A stretch of 61,871 nucleotides of DNA, the filler included. It is 6 parts of 6 records of this genome, joined end to end, with 100 filler letters (N's around TTAATTAATTAA, not from the genome) between each part and the next. Parts side by side here need not be neighbours in the genome. Positions count along the whole stretch, not along the records: positions 16,903 to 24,862 come from SRR31156797_3374; positions 24,963 to 36,585 come from SRR31156797_3375; 4 more parts are not named here. The stretch is one strand, 5' to 3'. The notes below the pieces were generated by a model. It saw only the letters and a program-made list of their open reading frames with translations, was not told the DNA's origin and searched no databases. Each line of letters starts with the position of its first letter. The first letter of the stretch is position 1. Position numbers and translations under genes: made by a program. Shown piece after piece: positions 19,429 through 30,059 of this stretch.

Positions 19429-21186
19429 TCAAACAATTTTCGCCATCCCTTTTTTCGGTTTTTCAGGCTTTTTTCCGGACTTGGTCATACGCCTTCTCTC
19501 TTCATCCCGCACCTCCCGCCGCAGCAATTTGCCCACCTTGCTCTTGGGGAGCATGTCACGGAATTCGATATATCCGGGAAGCTTGTAGGAGGCGAGCCTC
19601 TCCCGGCACCATTTCATGAGATCCGTTCCCCCCACGCCTTTGGCGTCTTCCTTCATGACCACAATGGCCTTGATGCGCTCCCCCACCTTTTCGTCCGGAA
19701 TCCCCACCACGCAGGCCCCGATGACCGTCGGGTGGTCCTGCAGCACCGCTTCCACTTCGGATGCCGATACCCGGTACCCTTTGTGCTTGATCACATCGGC
19801 GGATCGCTCCATGTACACCAATTGACCGTCTTCGTCCCGGCTCACGAAATCCCCCATGCGGTAAAAGACCTGTCCGTCCATTTCAATATAGGAGCGTGCG
19901 GTTTCATCGGGCTTGTTCCAGTATTCCTTCAGGCTGTAGGGGGAGGTCACCAGCAATTCGCCGGTTTCCCCTTCCGGCACCGGTCTGAGGGTCTCCGGAT
20001 CCACCACCCTGCACGTGCGGCTTCGTAGCGGCAGGCCGATGGTGTTCGGTTTGGGGTTTTTCTCAATGCGGCTGTAGCTGACGTGACCCGCCTCGGTGGA
20101 GCCGTAGACCTGATAGATGGGCACCTTGAAACGTTCTTTCCAGCGATGAAAGACCTCCGCCGGCAGTACGTCGCCGCCGCAGTAACAGTACGAAAGGGTG
20201 CCGAGATCGTAAGATTCCAGGCGGTCGTTTTCGAGAATCATGCGGTAGAGTGCCGGAACCCCCAGAAACCATCGGGCCCCGAACCGCTCAATGGTGCTCA
20301 TGACGGCGTCCACCTGGGGGACCGGCATGAGCAGCACGGCATTACCCTTGTTCAGCCCGATGGCCATGCAAAGGCCCAGGGCCATGATGTGAAACAGGGG
20401 GTTGACGGCGATGTAAACATCCTCCCCTTCCTTAAGATGCCCATGGGCCACGTCGTCGGTGACGTCATTCACGTATGAGGTCATGCCCATATGGTTTCCG
20501 GGGACCCCTTTGGGGAAACCGGTGGTGCCCCCCGTGTAAAGGATGTATGAAAGGTCTTTAAAGGGATCCAGGGAGACCGTAGCGGAAAGGGGGTTTCGTT
20601 TCAGAAGGGATCTGAACCAATGGACCCTGACGTCCTTGTCCACCTTTCCGTTGGGAATTTTATCAAACAACGTTCCCAAAGAGCGTTTCCATAAGGGAAG
20701 AAGATCCACCAGATTGGTGACGATAATGTTTTTGAGTCCGGTTTTATCCGCCACCTCCTTCACATAGGAGAAATTGGTATCCAGACAGATAACGGTTTCG
20801 GCGCCGGAATCCTTGACCATATATTCCACTTCATGGGAGGTGTAAATGGGAGAGACGGGGACCAGCACGGCGCCCGCTTTTTGAATGCCCAAAAAAGCCA
20901 CCAGCCATTGAACGCAGTTGGACAGATACACCATGACGCGGTCGCCTTTTTTGACGCCCAGCTCCGTGAGGGCCCCCGAAAACCGCATGCTTAAGTCCCG
21001 CAGGCGGGCATAGGTGAACTTCTCTCCCAGATAGACCACCGCCGTGCGGTCGGGATAGGTTTCACACATGCGGTCAAATCGCGTGAACGTCAATTCCTTT
21101 GCCAGTGCTTGTTCGTTAATCTTCATGGGCTTAGAAAACTCCATTAACGGGTGTTTAGAATTGGTTTTGGGTGCCTTAGACCCCAA
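19429..21186 (-). CDS. long-chain acyl-CoA ligase (AMP-binding)
   Basis: YILYTGGTTGFPKG, QVYGSTE, YRMGD, LPKSKVGKLLRR; true start may be ATG 21144. Confidence 0.9.
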   Translation of the reverse strand: MGSKAPKTNSKHPLMEFSKPMKINEQALAKELTFTRFDRMCETYPDRTAVVYLGEKFTYARLRDLSMRFSGALTELGVKKGDRVMVYLSNCVQWLVAFLGIQKAGAVLVPVSPIYTSHEVEYMVKDSGAETVICLDTNFSYVKEVADKTGLKNIIVTNLVDLLPLWKRSLGTLFDKIPNGKVDKDVRVHWFRSLLKRNPLSATVSLDPFKDLSYILYTGGTTGFPKGVPGNHMGMTSYVNDVTDDVAHGHLKEGEDVYIAVNPLFHIMALGLCMAIGLNKGNAVLLMPVPQVDAVMSTIERFGARWFLGVPALYRMILENDRLESYDLGTLSYCYCGGDVLPAEVFHRWKERFKVPIYQVYGSTEAGHVSYSRIEKNPKPNTIGLPLRSRTCRVVDPETLRPVPEGETGELLVTSPYSLKEYWNKPDETARSYIEMDGQVFYRMGDFVSRDEDGQLVYMERSADVIKHKGYRVSASEVEAVLQDHPTVIGACVVGIPDEKVGERIKAIVVMKEDAKGVGGTDLMKWCRERLASYKLPGYIEFRDMLPKSKVGKLLRREVRDEERRRMTKSGKKPEKPKKGMAKIV

Positions 21187-21922
21187 AATAGGCCGAGCGG
21201 ATATCCGGGTTGCTCAGCAGTTCTTCCCGGGTTCCCTCCATGACAGCAGCCCCGTTTTCAAGGATAAAGGCGTAATCCACAATGGGGAGCACGGGCCTGG
21301 CGTACTGTTCCGTCACCATGATGGAAATATTGCGTTCATCCCGGATGACTTTGGTACCGCGTATCAAAATGGCCTGCATGAGGGGACTCAGGCCCAGGAG
21401 CGGTTCATCCAGCAACAGCAGCTTGGGTTGGGCCATGAGGGCCCGTCCGATGGCAAGCATCTGCTGCTCGCCTCCGCTTAGAAAACCGCCTGTGCGTCTC
21501 TTCAGTTTTACCAGGGCCGGGAATATTTCAAATATGTATTCAATGGTTTCCCTTGCCTGGGAAGCATTGGCCAGATAACCGCCGATCGCCAGGTTTTCCA
21601 TGACGCTGCTTTCCTTGAAAATCCTGCGTCTCTCGGGGCAGAGTACGATCCCCTGTCTGGCCCGGAGGCTCGGTTTGAGCCCCATGATCTGTTTCCCCAG
21701 AAACTGTATTTCTCCCATGATGGTGATGCGCTCCCCTCCGGCCATGTCTTCTTTTTTCCGAATATCTTCCATGATACCGGAAAGGGTATACATGAGGGTT
21801 GATTTCCCGGCGCTGTTGGCGCCGAAGACGCCCACAATCTGATTGTCGCCACACTTCACCGCCACGTTGTTGAGCGCCAGCATATTTTCGTAAAACACCA
21901 TCAAGCCGGTTGCCTCAAGCAT
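21176..21922 (-). CDS. livF: branched-chain amino acid-type ABC transporter ATPase (LivF-like)
   Basis: GANSAGKST, LSGGEQQMLAIGRALM, LLLDEP. Confidence 0.8.
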   Translation of the reverse strand: MLEATGLMVFYENMLALNNVAVKCGDNQIVGVFGANSAGKSTLMYTLSGIMEDIRKKEDMAGGERITIMGEIQFLGKQIMGLKPSLRARQGIVLCPERRRIFKESSVMENLAIGGYLANASQARETIEYIFEIFPALVKLKRRTGGFLSGGEQQMLAIGRALMAQPKLLLLDEPLLGLSPLMQAILIRGTKVIRDERNISIMVTEQYARPVLPIVDYAFILENGAAVMEGTREELLSNPDIRSAYFGV

Positions 21923-22703
21923 AGGTCATGACCTCCTCGATCTCTTCGGAACCGAAATAGGCTTCCTTTACTTTTTCATTGGCCATGACTTCATCGGAAG
22001 TGCCCTCGGTCAGTTTTTCGCCAAAATTAAGGACCATAATGCGATCCGCCACGCGGAACAGCTCCCGCAAACGATGTTCAATCATGATCAGGGTAACGCC
22101 GTCCATTTGCAGTCGCTCGATGAGGGGGACCATGCTGGCGATTTCACTCATGCTGAGGCCCGAAAACACCTCGTCGCACAGAATAATATCCGGTTTCAGG
22201 GCCAGGCATCGGGCCAGTTCCAGCCGTTTGAGGTATCCGGTGGGAAGGGTGGCCGCCATTTTGTAGGGAACCCGGGAATCCCGTTCGAACCCGATTTCCT
22301 CCAGGATGTCGATGCCCACCGTGTTTCGGTCCCCCAGTTTTCCACCACCCCGCCAGCCGCCTGTCCGCTTGGCCCGGGGTGAAAAGAGGGGAATCACCAG
22401 GTTTTTATATGCGGGGAGACTGTAATAGGGCCGCATAATTTGAAAGGTGCGGGTGACGCCCATGTCCGCGATTTTGTGGGCCGCCTTTTTTGTGATGTCC
22501 TTCCCCCTGAAAAAGATATTTCCCGAGGTGGCCCGAATGAACCCCGTGATGCAGTTCACAATGGTGGTCTTACCGGAACCGTTGGGTCCGATAATTCCCA
22601 GCACTTCGCCTTGGTTCAAATGGAAATTGACCCGGTTCAATGCCAGGATGCCGCCAAAGGCCTTGGTCAACTCCTTGACTTCCAGGATCGGTTGATCGCT
22701 CAT
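21915..22703 (-). CDS. livG: branched-chain amino acid-type ABC transporter ATPase (LivG-like)
   Basis: KAFGGILAL, GPNGSGKTT, RTFQ, KRLELARCLA, V.EAYFG. Confidence 0.8.
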   Translation of the reverse strand: MSDQPILEVKELTKAFGGILALNRVNFHLNQGEVLGIIGPNGSGKTTIVNCITGFIRATSGNIFFRGKDITKKAAHKIADMGVTRTFQIMRPYYSLPAYKNLVIPLFSPRAKRTGGWRGGGKLGDRNTVGIDILEEIGFERDSRVPYKMAATLPTGYLKRLELARCLALKPDIILCDEVFSGLSMSEIASMVPLIERLQMDGVTLIMIEHRLRELFRVADRIMVLNFGEKLTEGTSDEVMANEKVKEAYFGSEEIEEVMTYA

Positions 22704-23713
22704 ACTTTGACCCACCTTTCAAACTGATGATATTTTCTTTCTCCGTACACCATGATCCCTTCACTCCGAAACACCACGAAACCCACCAGCAGTAGGGCGT
22801 AAAACACGATGCGAAGGGTTCCGAAGTCCCTGAGCAGTTCCGATATGGGCACCAGGATCAGGCATCCCAGAACCGGTCCCACCAGGGTGCCGCTCCCTCC
22901 GATGACCGTGGCGGCAATGGGGAGGATGGAGAAATCGAGGGCGAACAGGGAAATGCCGCCCCACATGTAGATGTGCACCAGACATGCACCCCCCATGCAC
23001 CCCATGGCCGAGGCGATGAATACCGCGCCCGCCTTATAAAGGTTGACGCTCATTCCCGAGGCGCGGACCGCCTGGTCGTTGTCTTTGACCGCCCGAATCA
23101 CCAGACCGATATCCGTGTTCACCAGCCGTCTGATGGCGAAAAGAAAGAGGAGCACCAGGAGAATGACGAAATACTGCTCCACCCAGGCATTGGGGAAACT
23201 GTCGATCCCCATAATGCCGTCGGTACCGCCCAGAATGTCCGTCGCTTCAATGACCCGGGCCAGGGCCAGAGGATACATGAGGGTGACGATGGCAAAATAG
23301 ACCCCTCGAAGGGGAAGGCACGGCAACAGCAGGATGGTGCAAACCATGGCGCCCAAAAGCGTGGCAATGGGAATGGCCAGAAACGGGGGCATTGCAAAGG
23401 AAGTGTTTAAAATGGCCGACAGATACCCCCCCGTACCGATAAAAAAGGCCCCCCCCAGGGACACCAGCCCCACAAAATGGGCGAGAAAATCAAAGCTCAG
23501 GGCCAGAAGGGCATAGATGCACACGATGGTGATCACGCGGTTCCAGTACATGCTGGGCATCACCAGGGGCAATGCCAGTAATCCCACAATCAAGACCAGT
23601 CGGGGCAGGGTCAGATACGTTAACTCCTGCCATCCCATCATCGCATAGAGACCATCGGATCGAACCTTGATGCCCCGGTCCAGACGCTCTTTTCGTTGTT
23701 GTTCCGTATTCAC
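22700..23713 (-). CDS. livM: branched-chain amino acid-type ABC permease (LivM-like)
   Basis: multi-TM; LRGVYFAIVTL, GGTDGI, IGGSGTLVGPVLG. Confidence 0.8.
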   Translation of the reverse strand: MNTEQQRKERLDRGIKVRSDGLYAMMGWQELTYLTLPRLVLIVGLLALPLVMPSMYWNRVITIVCIYALLALSFDFLAHFVGLVSLGGAFFIGTGGYLSAILNTSFAMPPFLAIPIATLLGAMVCTILLLPCLPLRGVYFAIVTLMYPLALARVIEATDILGGTDGIMGIDSFPNAWVEQYFVILLVLLFLFAIRRLVNTDIGLVIRAVKDNDQAVRASGMSVNLYKAGAVFIASAMGCMGGACLVHIYMWGGISLFALDFSILPIAATVIGGSGTLVGPVLGCLILVPISELLRDFGTLRIVFYALLLVGFVVFRSEGIMVYGERKYHQFERWVKV

Positions 23714-23715
23714 GC

Positions 23716-24582
23716 CTATACCCTCTCTTCCAGTTCTTTTTGCTGCCCGAACAGCCCCGACGGTTTCAGGATCAGCGTTATAATGATGGCCAACAGGGCC
23801 ACCACCATCTGAAAATGGCTTCCCAGATAGACGGTGGTTAAAATCTGGGTAAAACCGATGAGAAATGCCGCAAGCACCGCCCCCATCCAGCTCCCCAGTC
23901 CTCCCACAATGCAGACGGCGATGGCTTGAATGAGCACGTCATACCCTTTCTCCACCACGATGTTGCCAAGGGGCAACAATAGGATGGCCGCCAGCCCAGC
24001 CAGCATGGACCCCAGGGCCATGGCCACCAGTGCCATGGTATCGGAGTCGATCCCCAGCATGAGGGCCGCCCGCTCATCCTGTGCCATGCCGCGTAAGGCA
24101 AGGCCGATGCGGGTGTAGTGGGTAAAGAGCCATAGAAACGCCACCAGTAAAACCCCGATAACCACCACCAGGATTCTCTGAAAATCGACCGGGATTTCGC
24201 CGATGGTAATACTCCCTTCCATGAATACGGGAAGGGTATGGGTGGTTCCCCTGAAACCACCCCAGCGAAGTCCCTCTAAAATAGCAAGCCCGATGGCATA
24301 GGAAGCGATGATTTCCGAAATGTTCATGCCGCGCACTCGAACCAACACGAACCGGTAAATGAGCGCGCCCAAAATCCCGGTCAAAACGAGGGATATGAGA
24401 ATGCTCAGAAAGTAGTTGAGATCAAACGATCGAACAAATACCCAGGTGATAAACCCGCAGAGGACATAAATAGCGCCGTGGGCAAAATTGGGAATGCGGC
24501 TGGTGCCGTAGACCAGGGCGAACCCCAGGGCCATGAGCGCCAGCATGATGCTGTTGATGGTGCCGTATATCACAATATCCAT
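23716..24582 (-). CDS. livH: branched-chain amino acid-type ABC permease (LivH-like)
   Basis: ALMALGFALVYG...NFAHG, GLALRGMAQD..AA..LGI, KPSGLFG; ATG at 24582. Confidence 0.8.
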   Translation of the reverse strand: MDIVIYGTINSIMLALMALGFALVYGTSRIPNFAHGAIYVLCGFITWVFVRSFDLNYFLSILISLVLTGILGALIYRFVLVRVRGMNISEIIASYAIGLAILEGLRWGGFRGTTHTLPVFMEGSITIGEIPVDFQRILVVVIGVLLVAFLWLFTHYTRIGLALRGMAQDERAALMLGIDSDTMALVAMALGSMLAGLAAILLLPLGNIVVEKGYDVLIQAIAVCIVGGLGSWMGAVLAAFLIGFTQILTTVYLGSHFQMVVALLAIIITLILKPSGLFGQQKELEERV

Positions 24583-24708
24583 AGCCTGATTCCGAAATAA
24601 GATTTTCAGGAAAGGGGCACTGAAAGGCCCCAAATAAAACCGCTTTTGGATCATGTCACCTTTTTGTCCGGGGTTTGAAATACCGGCAAAAAGGCGATGA
24701 TAAGGCTG

Positions 24709-24862
24709 TTATTTCGCTGATTTCATCCACGGAGGGAGCTGAATGGTTCCCGTGGCGATGGATTCGGGGAAAACCACCACCCGTTTTCCGTCCTGCCACT
24801 GGAAGATGCTGCCTACAGCGCCCTCTTTGGGATCAAAGGAAGGAATAACCTGGTGCCCTTTG
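24709..24862 (-). CDS. C-terminal fragment of ABC substrate-binding protein (LivK-like)
   Basis: minus-strand translation KGHQVIPSFDPKEGAVGSIFQWQDGKRVVVFPESIATGTIQLPPWMKSAK*; truncated by contig end; coordinates approximate. Confidence 0.7.
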
Positions 24863-24962
24863 NNNNNNNNNNNNNNNNNNNNNNNNNNNNNNNNNNNNNN
24901 NNNNNNTTAATTAATTAANNNNNNNNNNNNNNNNNNNNNNNNNNNNNNNNNNNNNNNNNNNN
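24863..24962. other. artificial contig linker
   Basis: N-run + TTAATTAATTAA + N-run. Confidence 0.98.
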
Positions 24963-25105
24963 TTTGACGGTGGATCAAGACGGCGTCAATCACTTTGAAG
25001 TTTCATTTCATTGAGCGTTTATTACTGTCCTCACTTGAATGAAAAGATTTTGATTCAGACCAAAAATCAAGAGTTTTGAGACAACTAGTAAAAGGAGGAG
25101 GGAAG

Positions 25106-25432
25106 ATGCAGAAAGCGGTTGGCCGTTTGTTTTGTATTTTCGCAGTACTTTTTGCACTACAGTTTCCACTGTACGTCTATGGGGGACAGGTCCAATCCGT
25201 TGAGTCAGAAGGATCTGTTGGATTTACCGGGGCCTATGAACCGATCGGCCCGCCTGATCCCCCCCCTAGCACCAGCCCGCAAAGTCCAGGCGGCTCGTTA
25301 CCCCAAACAAATATGATCGAAGGGGCATTTGTCGGATGGATCGGCATTCTCCTAGTGGTCGGCGTTTCATTGGCTGTAGGGGAGAAAAGAAAAAAGCAGT
25401 ACAAAAATTATTGGAATGAAAGAAGGGAATGA
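25106..25432 (+). CDS. small LPXTG-type cell-wall anchored protein of WxL locus
   Basis: RBS AAGGAGG; signal peptide; LPQTN + hydrophobic helix + KRKK tail. Confidence 0.75.
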   Translation: MQKAVGRLFCIFAVLFALQFPLYVYGGQVQSVESEGSVGFTGAYEPIGPPDPPPSTSPQSPGGSLPQTNMIEGAFVGWIGILLVVGVSLAVGEKRKKQYKNYWNERRE

Positions 25433-25435
25433 AGT

Positions 25436-26263
25436 TTGAAATTTATCCGTTTAACCACTGTAGTTGCACTATCCACAACAATCTTTGCCGGAGGCATCCG
25501 CGTTTTTGCAGAAGAAGCAGAAGAAACAGAGAAAACAGGTGAAGTAAGACAAATCACTACGAATGGGCAGATCACGTTTACTCCGAATAATGATGCGCCA
25601 AACGTTGAATTGGATCCAGACGGGCCAGAAGTTGAGATCCCGCCAGTTGTCGGTCCGGATGGAGAAAACAACGGTCCCTTAACCATTGCTTATGTACCAA
25701 CGATGAACTTTGGTTCACAAATTATCTCGTCTTCGGATAAGCATTACAACATGGTCGCTGAGAGACAACAAAAAGCAGGAACGACTGGTGACACAAACAA
25801 GGTGCCTTATGTAAGTTTTGTACAAGTCCAAGATACGCGCGGAACCAATGAGGGATGGAAACTAAGCGTGAGCTTGTCTGAATTTGAAGCAAAAGACACG
25901 AAAAACAATGTGTTAAAAGGGGCACAAATCAAGTTATTCGATCCTCAACTTCGATACAGTGTCAATGATGCGGAACAGGAACCGACCATTCACGCCAATG
26001 GGTTAGAACTGATTCCAAATAATGATGCTGTACCGATTATGACTGCCGCTGCTAAAAAAGGAGGCGGGACTTCGACCGCTACTTGGGGGAATCAAGTAGC
26101 CCTAGACAAACAGGTTGAAGCGGGCGCAGCCGTCGTAGAAAACGCCGCCATACAATTATTCGTTCCAGGAACGACGGCGAAAGATGCAGTAACGTATCGC
26201 TCTACTTTAACATGGAAATTGGAACAAACGCCTGACAACGAACTTCCTGGCATCGTCTTTTAA
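25436..26263 (+). CDS. small WxL domain protein
   Basis: GPLTIAYVPTMNFG, VQVQDTRGTNEGWKL, Y.STLTWKL. Confidence 0.9.
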   Translation: MKFIRLTTVVALSTTIFAGGIRVFAEEAEETEKTGEVRQITTNGQITFTPNNDAPNVELDPDGPEVEIPPVVGPDGENNGPLTIAYVPTMNFGSQIISSSDKHYNMVAERQQKAGTTGDTNKVPYVSFVQVQDTRGTNEGWKLSVSLSEFEAKDTKNNVLKGAQIKLFDPQLRYSVNDAEQEPTIHANGLELIPNNDAVPIMTAAAKKGGGTSTATWGNQVALDKQVEAGAAVVENAAIQLFVPGTTAKDAVTYRSTLTWKLEQTPDNELPGIVF

Positions 26264-26354
26264 TAACGAATTCGATTCCGTTACTGTTGTACTTTAGGTA
26301 CTGGCAGCGTTACAGGTCTCTGTAGCGCTGCTTTTTTAGAAAGGATTATGATGC

Positions 26355-27389
26355 ATGAGATACAAACAATCGTTGTGTACCTTTTTTTGGTTTCTAGCAG
26401 TATTCTTCGTATTCTTTCCGTTTTCAGTCGAGGCTGAAGAAACGACCTTGAATACGTATGTCACCCCGCATTTTCCAGAGAGTCAAGTGGATGAAAGCAA
26501 AGGGTATTATGAATTGCGCCTCGCTCCGGGGCAAAAAGAGACGTTGCGGCTGGAAGTCGGTAATTCTAGTGTAGACCCGATCAAGATCCAAATCACTCCA
26601 CATACCGCTTATACCAATGTTTTAGGAACCGTTGAGTATGGCAAAGATGCGCCTGAAGCAGACCCGACGCTGGTCCATTCTCTGGATGAGTTAATGACCT
26701 CTTCAGGGGTCATTGCATTAGCAGAAAATGAGACGAAGGTCGTAGAGATTCTTCTAGAAATGCCTGAAGAAGCCTTTGAAGGGTATTTAGCTGGCGGTTT
26801 ACGGATCGTCGAAGTAAAAAATGAGGAAGAAAGTGAAGCCCCAGAAGAGGAAGGGGTGGCTATCAAGAATGAGTTTGCCCATGTGGTCGGCGTCGTCGTC
26901 AGTAATACCGGTGATTCTGTACAGCCGGTATTAGAATTGTTGGATGTATTTGCGGATCAGTTGAACTATCGGAATGTGATTAGTGCGACCTTGCAAAACT
27001 TCACACCGGCTTTTGTGAATCGCTTAGAAGTGGAGGCCACAGTCAAACGTGCAGGAGAGAGTGACGTTCTCTATGAGGCAAGCAAAGAAATGATGCAGAT
27101 GGCACCGAATTCGAACTTCAACTTTCCGATTTCTTTAGAAGGGGATCGTTTCCGCAGTGGGAACTATGTACTGGAACTAAGAGCTAAGTCAGGAGAAAAT
27201 GAATGGTCGTGGACACGAATGTTTACCATCGATGCCGACGATGCCCGTAAGTTAAACCGTGAGGATGTCATGATCGACAATCGTCCGAATTGGTGGATGA
27301 TCAGTGCTCTATTTTTAGCAGTTGTCTGGATCATGTTAGGAACCTATCGATTTCTCTTACGTAGAAAACGTTTAGACGAAAGGGAGTGA
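26355..27389 (+). CDS. DUF916/DUF3324 (WxL-interacting) membrane protein
   Basis: P..PESQVDESKGYYELRLAPGQ, TAYTN..G.VEY, MAPNSNFNFPI, C-terminal TM helix. Confidence 0.88.
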   Translation: MRYKQSLCTFFWFLAVFFVFFPFSVEAEETTLNTYVTPHFPESQVDESKGYYELRLAPGQKETLRLEVGNSSVDPIKIQITPHTAYTNVLGTVEYGKDAPEADPTLVHSLDELMTSSGVIALAENETKVVEILLEMPEEAFEGYLAGGLRIVEVKNEEESEAPEEEGVAIKNEFAHVVGVVVSNTGDSVQPVLELLDVFADQLNYRNVISATLQNFTPAFVNRLEVEATVKRAGESDVLYEASKEMMQMAPNSNFNFPISLEGDRFRSGNYVLELRAKSGENEWSWTRMFTIDADDARKLNREDVMIDNRPNWWMISALFLAVVWIMLGTYRFLLRRKRLDERE

Positions 27390-29566
27390 GAAAAAGGATG
27401 AATAGTGTTAAAAAAATGACAATCGTAATAAGTCTGTCAGTCTTTCTGTTCAATGTCACTCTACAACCAGTTGTCGCAATCGAAAAACTACCTACGGACA
27501 AAAATATAGAAGAAACTGCAACACAATCAACGGATGAATCAGAGCAAAAAACACCTGAGTGGGAAGACCTACAGGAAATTGAGAGTTTAGAACCGTCGAA
27601 AAACGCGGAGGTACCGGAAACAAATGAATCGGAAAAAGAGCAAATGACAGACAAGAAAACAGTTCTCGACGAAACTAATACGAATAAGGAAGGCGAACTG
27701 AATCCAACTACCGATATAAGGAATGCGACAGGATCTTGGGGAATCGTTGAATGGTTATGGGAAGAAGCCACTCGAACAATTACGTTGAGTGGTGGAACAG
27801 CAGGATCAGTGGATTCAGCCCCTTGGAAAACTCATACTGATGTTTCAAAGATTGTGGTCGAAGGACGAGTGGTATTACCGTCAGATTCGTCGTATTTATT
27901 TTCAGAATTATCAAATCTCGAGATCATTGATCAGGCGGGTAATTTTGATACATCAAATGTTGCTAAAATGACTGGGATGTTCATGCTAACTACTAGACTG
28001 ACGGAGTTAGATGTTTCAAACTGGGATACATCTAGTGTTACTGATATGCATTCAATGTTCCATCAAGCTATTAGACTGACGGAGTTAGATGTCTCAAACT
28101 GGGATACGAGTAATGTTGCTAATATGGCTTGGGCATTCAGTTGGGCTAGTAATTTGATACAGTTAGATGTCTCAAATTGGGATACGAGTAATGTTACTTA
28201 TATGGCTTGGATGTTCAGTAATGCTAGTAATCTGACCGAGTTAGATGTTTCAAACTGGGATACAAGTAATGTTATTCATATGAACGGGATGTTCGAACTA
28301 GCTAGTAGTTTAACCGAGTTAGATCTCTCGAACTGGGATACGAGTAATGTTATTACTATGAGTACGATGTTCCGAGAGGCTAGTAGCTTGACCAAGTTAG
28401 ATGTCTCGAATTGGAATACGAGTAATGTTGCTCTCATGGATTTTATGTTCCAAAATGCTAGTAGTCTGACCGAGTTAGATCTCTCAACCTGGGATACATC
28501 AAATGTGGACCGCGCGACAATCTTGTTTTTTGGTGCGACAAACCTTTCTACCATTCATCTGGGAATAAGATCTCGTTTTGATCACTTAATGTCTCTGCCA
28601 ACTATGCCTGCCCCCCCTTCTTTGGGTAACCACACTGGAAATTGGGTCTATTATTTGAATCAATCAGAGATAACTCCGGACCCGTACATTACATCTTCGC
28701 CAACTGATTTTTGGCGGGAGTATGATGGTACTAATCCCGGAACTTATAAGTGGCAATCAGTAGGAACGGTAACTGTTCAATACAGAGATACTCAAAATCA
28801 TGAAGTAGCTGCTCCTCTGGTGATAACTGGTGGGGTACGTGCACCTTTTCAAATCGAAGAAAAAGCGATTGAAGGTTATACTATTCAAGAAGTTCCGACT
28901 AATCTTTCAGGTCGATTTACAGAACAAGAACAATTACTAATTTTTCGGTATTTGAAAGATCCTGTTTCACCTGTGGATCCATTAGCGCCAGAAAATGAGG
29001 TTGATCCAGAAAATCCCCCACAAATTCCAAACGATCAAGGCTCTTTAAGTATTGATTTTGCTTCTCAATTTACGTTTGGACAACAAACTATTTCTACTCA
29101 AATGAAGAGGTATTATGCACAACCTCAACGTTTATTGAGTGCTGACGGGACTAACAATAACGCCGAAGAACGACCAAACTATGTGCAGATCAGTGATCGC
29201 CGGCATGAAAATGAACGTAATGGTTGGCAATTAGCAGTTACACAAAATAATCAGTTTACGAACCTTCAAGAACATGAGCTTAAGGGTGCACGCTTGTTAT
29301 TAACGAACCAACAAGTGGCCTCTGTCCAACAAATGGGGGAACCCGAAGTGAATCATCAAGATGGCGTTCCTTTAGTTCCAGAAGAAAAGATGACGCTTTT
29401 AACCGCACATAATGATCAAGGTCTTGGCACTTGGGTCTATCGCTTTGGTGACAGAGAAAATGCTGGAGAAAGTATTGTACTGGAAGTTCCACCAACGGCA
29501 AACCCAAGAGCGACTTCCTATCAAACAACACTCACGTGGGAATTGAGTGCCGTACCGGGCAATTAG
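27386..29566 (+). CDS. large WxL surface protein with 26-aa DUF285/BspA-like repeats and a MucBP-like domain
   Basis: about 7-8 repeats LTELDVSNWDTSNV..M..MF..A; VTVQYRD...IEGY; C-terminal YQTTLTWEL. Confidence 0.88.
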   Translation: MRKRMNSVKKMTIVISLSVFLFNVTLQPVVAIEKLPTDKNIEETATQSTDESEQKTPEWEDLQEIESLEPSKNAEVPETNESEKEQMTDKKTVLDETNTNKEGELNPTTDIRNATGSWGIVEWLWEEATRTITLSGGTAGSVDSAPWKTHTDVSKIVVEGRVVLPSDSSYLFSELSNLEIIDQAGNFDTSNVAKMTGMFMLTTRLTELDVSNWDTSSVTDMHSMFHQAIRLTELDVSNWDTSNVANMAWAFSWASNLIQLDVSNWDTSNVTYMAWMFSNASNLTELDVSNWDTSNVIHMNGMFELASSLTELDLSNWDTSNVITMSTMFREASSLTKLDVSNWNTSNVALMDFMFQNASSLTELDLSTWDTSNVDRATILFFGATNLSTIHLGIRSRFDHLMSLPTMPAPPSLGNHTGNWVYYLNQSEITPDPYITSSPTDFWREYDGTNPGTYKWQSVGTVTVQYRDTQNHEVAAPLVITGGVRAPFQIEEKAIEGYTIQEVPTNLSGRFTEQEQLLIFRYLKDPVSPVDPLAPENEVDPENPPQIPNDQGSLSIDFASQFTFGQQTISTQMKRYYAQPQRLLSADGTNNNAEERPNYVQISDRRHENERNGWQLAVTQNNQFTNLQEHELKGARLLLTNQQVASVQQMGEPEVNHQDGVPLVPEEKMTLLTAHNDQGLGTWVYRFGDRENAGESIVLEVPPTANPRATSYQTTLTWELSAVPGN
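27945..28510 (+). repeat. 78-bp coding tandem repeat array
   Basis: recurring GAGTTAGAT(G/C)T(C/T)TC(A/G)AA(C/T)TGGGATAC at 78-nt periodicity. Confidence 0.85.
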
Positions 29567-30059
29567 TCAAAGATGAATAAGGGAAAAAATACAAGCACTA
29601 TTTCATCATTTTTTCTTTTTTATCTCTACTAGGAGATGGTTGGCCTTTGCAGAGATATTATTACTAGGTGATCATACACGTTCTGTTTCTTTAAAAGGGG
29701 TCCAATCGGCTCTCGGCTGTAGGACTTGAAACTTTTTGGAACTCACTACAACATACTGATTATTTCTCTTCTAGCATTAACATGAAAACATTCGAATGAT
29801 AAACAAACTACTTTGATCGTAACAAATTATTGGCTATGCCTATTGGATTATGCCTTTGAAACCGAGTATGTTCTTATGAAATGTTTTCCGAAGGCACGCA
29901 ATTGAATATGGGCGAAATACCAATTGAGTCCGTTGATAGATTGGAGCGCCTAACAAAAGAAAGCCAAGGTTTAAAAGTTATTTAATGAGGAATAGCCCTA
30001 AGGGGTGACTGAAACGATGGAAGTCGTTTCAAAATAAATATTACGAGAAGGAAAGAATA

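Noticed and set aside
17108-24260. Many overlapping alternative-frame ORFs in the GC-rich contig
   Set aside because: They are shadows of well-supported minus-strand genes, as expected at high GC.
27945-28510. Regularly spaced repeats as a CRISPR array
   Set aside because: The 78-bp period is in frame within a protein, encodes 26-aa repeats, and no cas genes are present.
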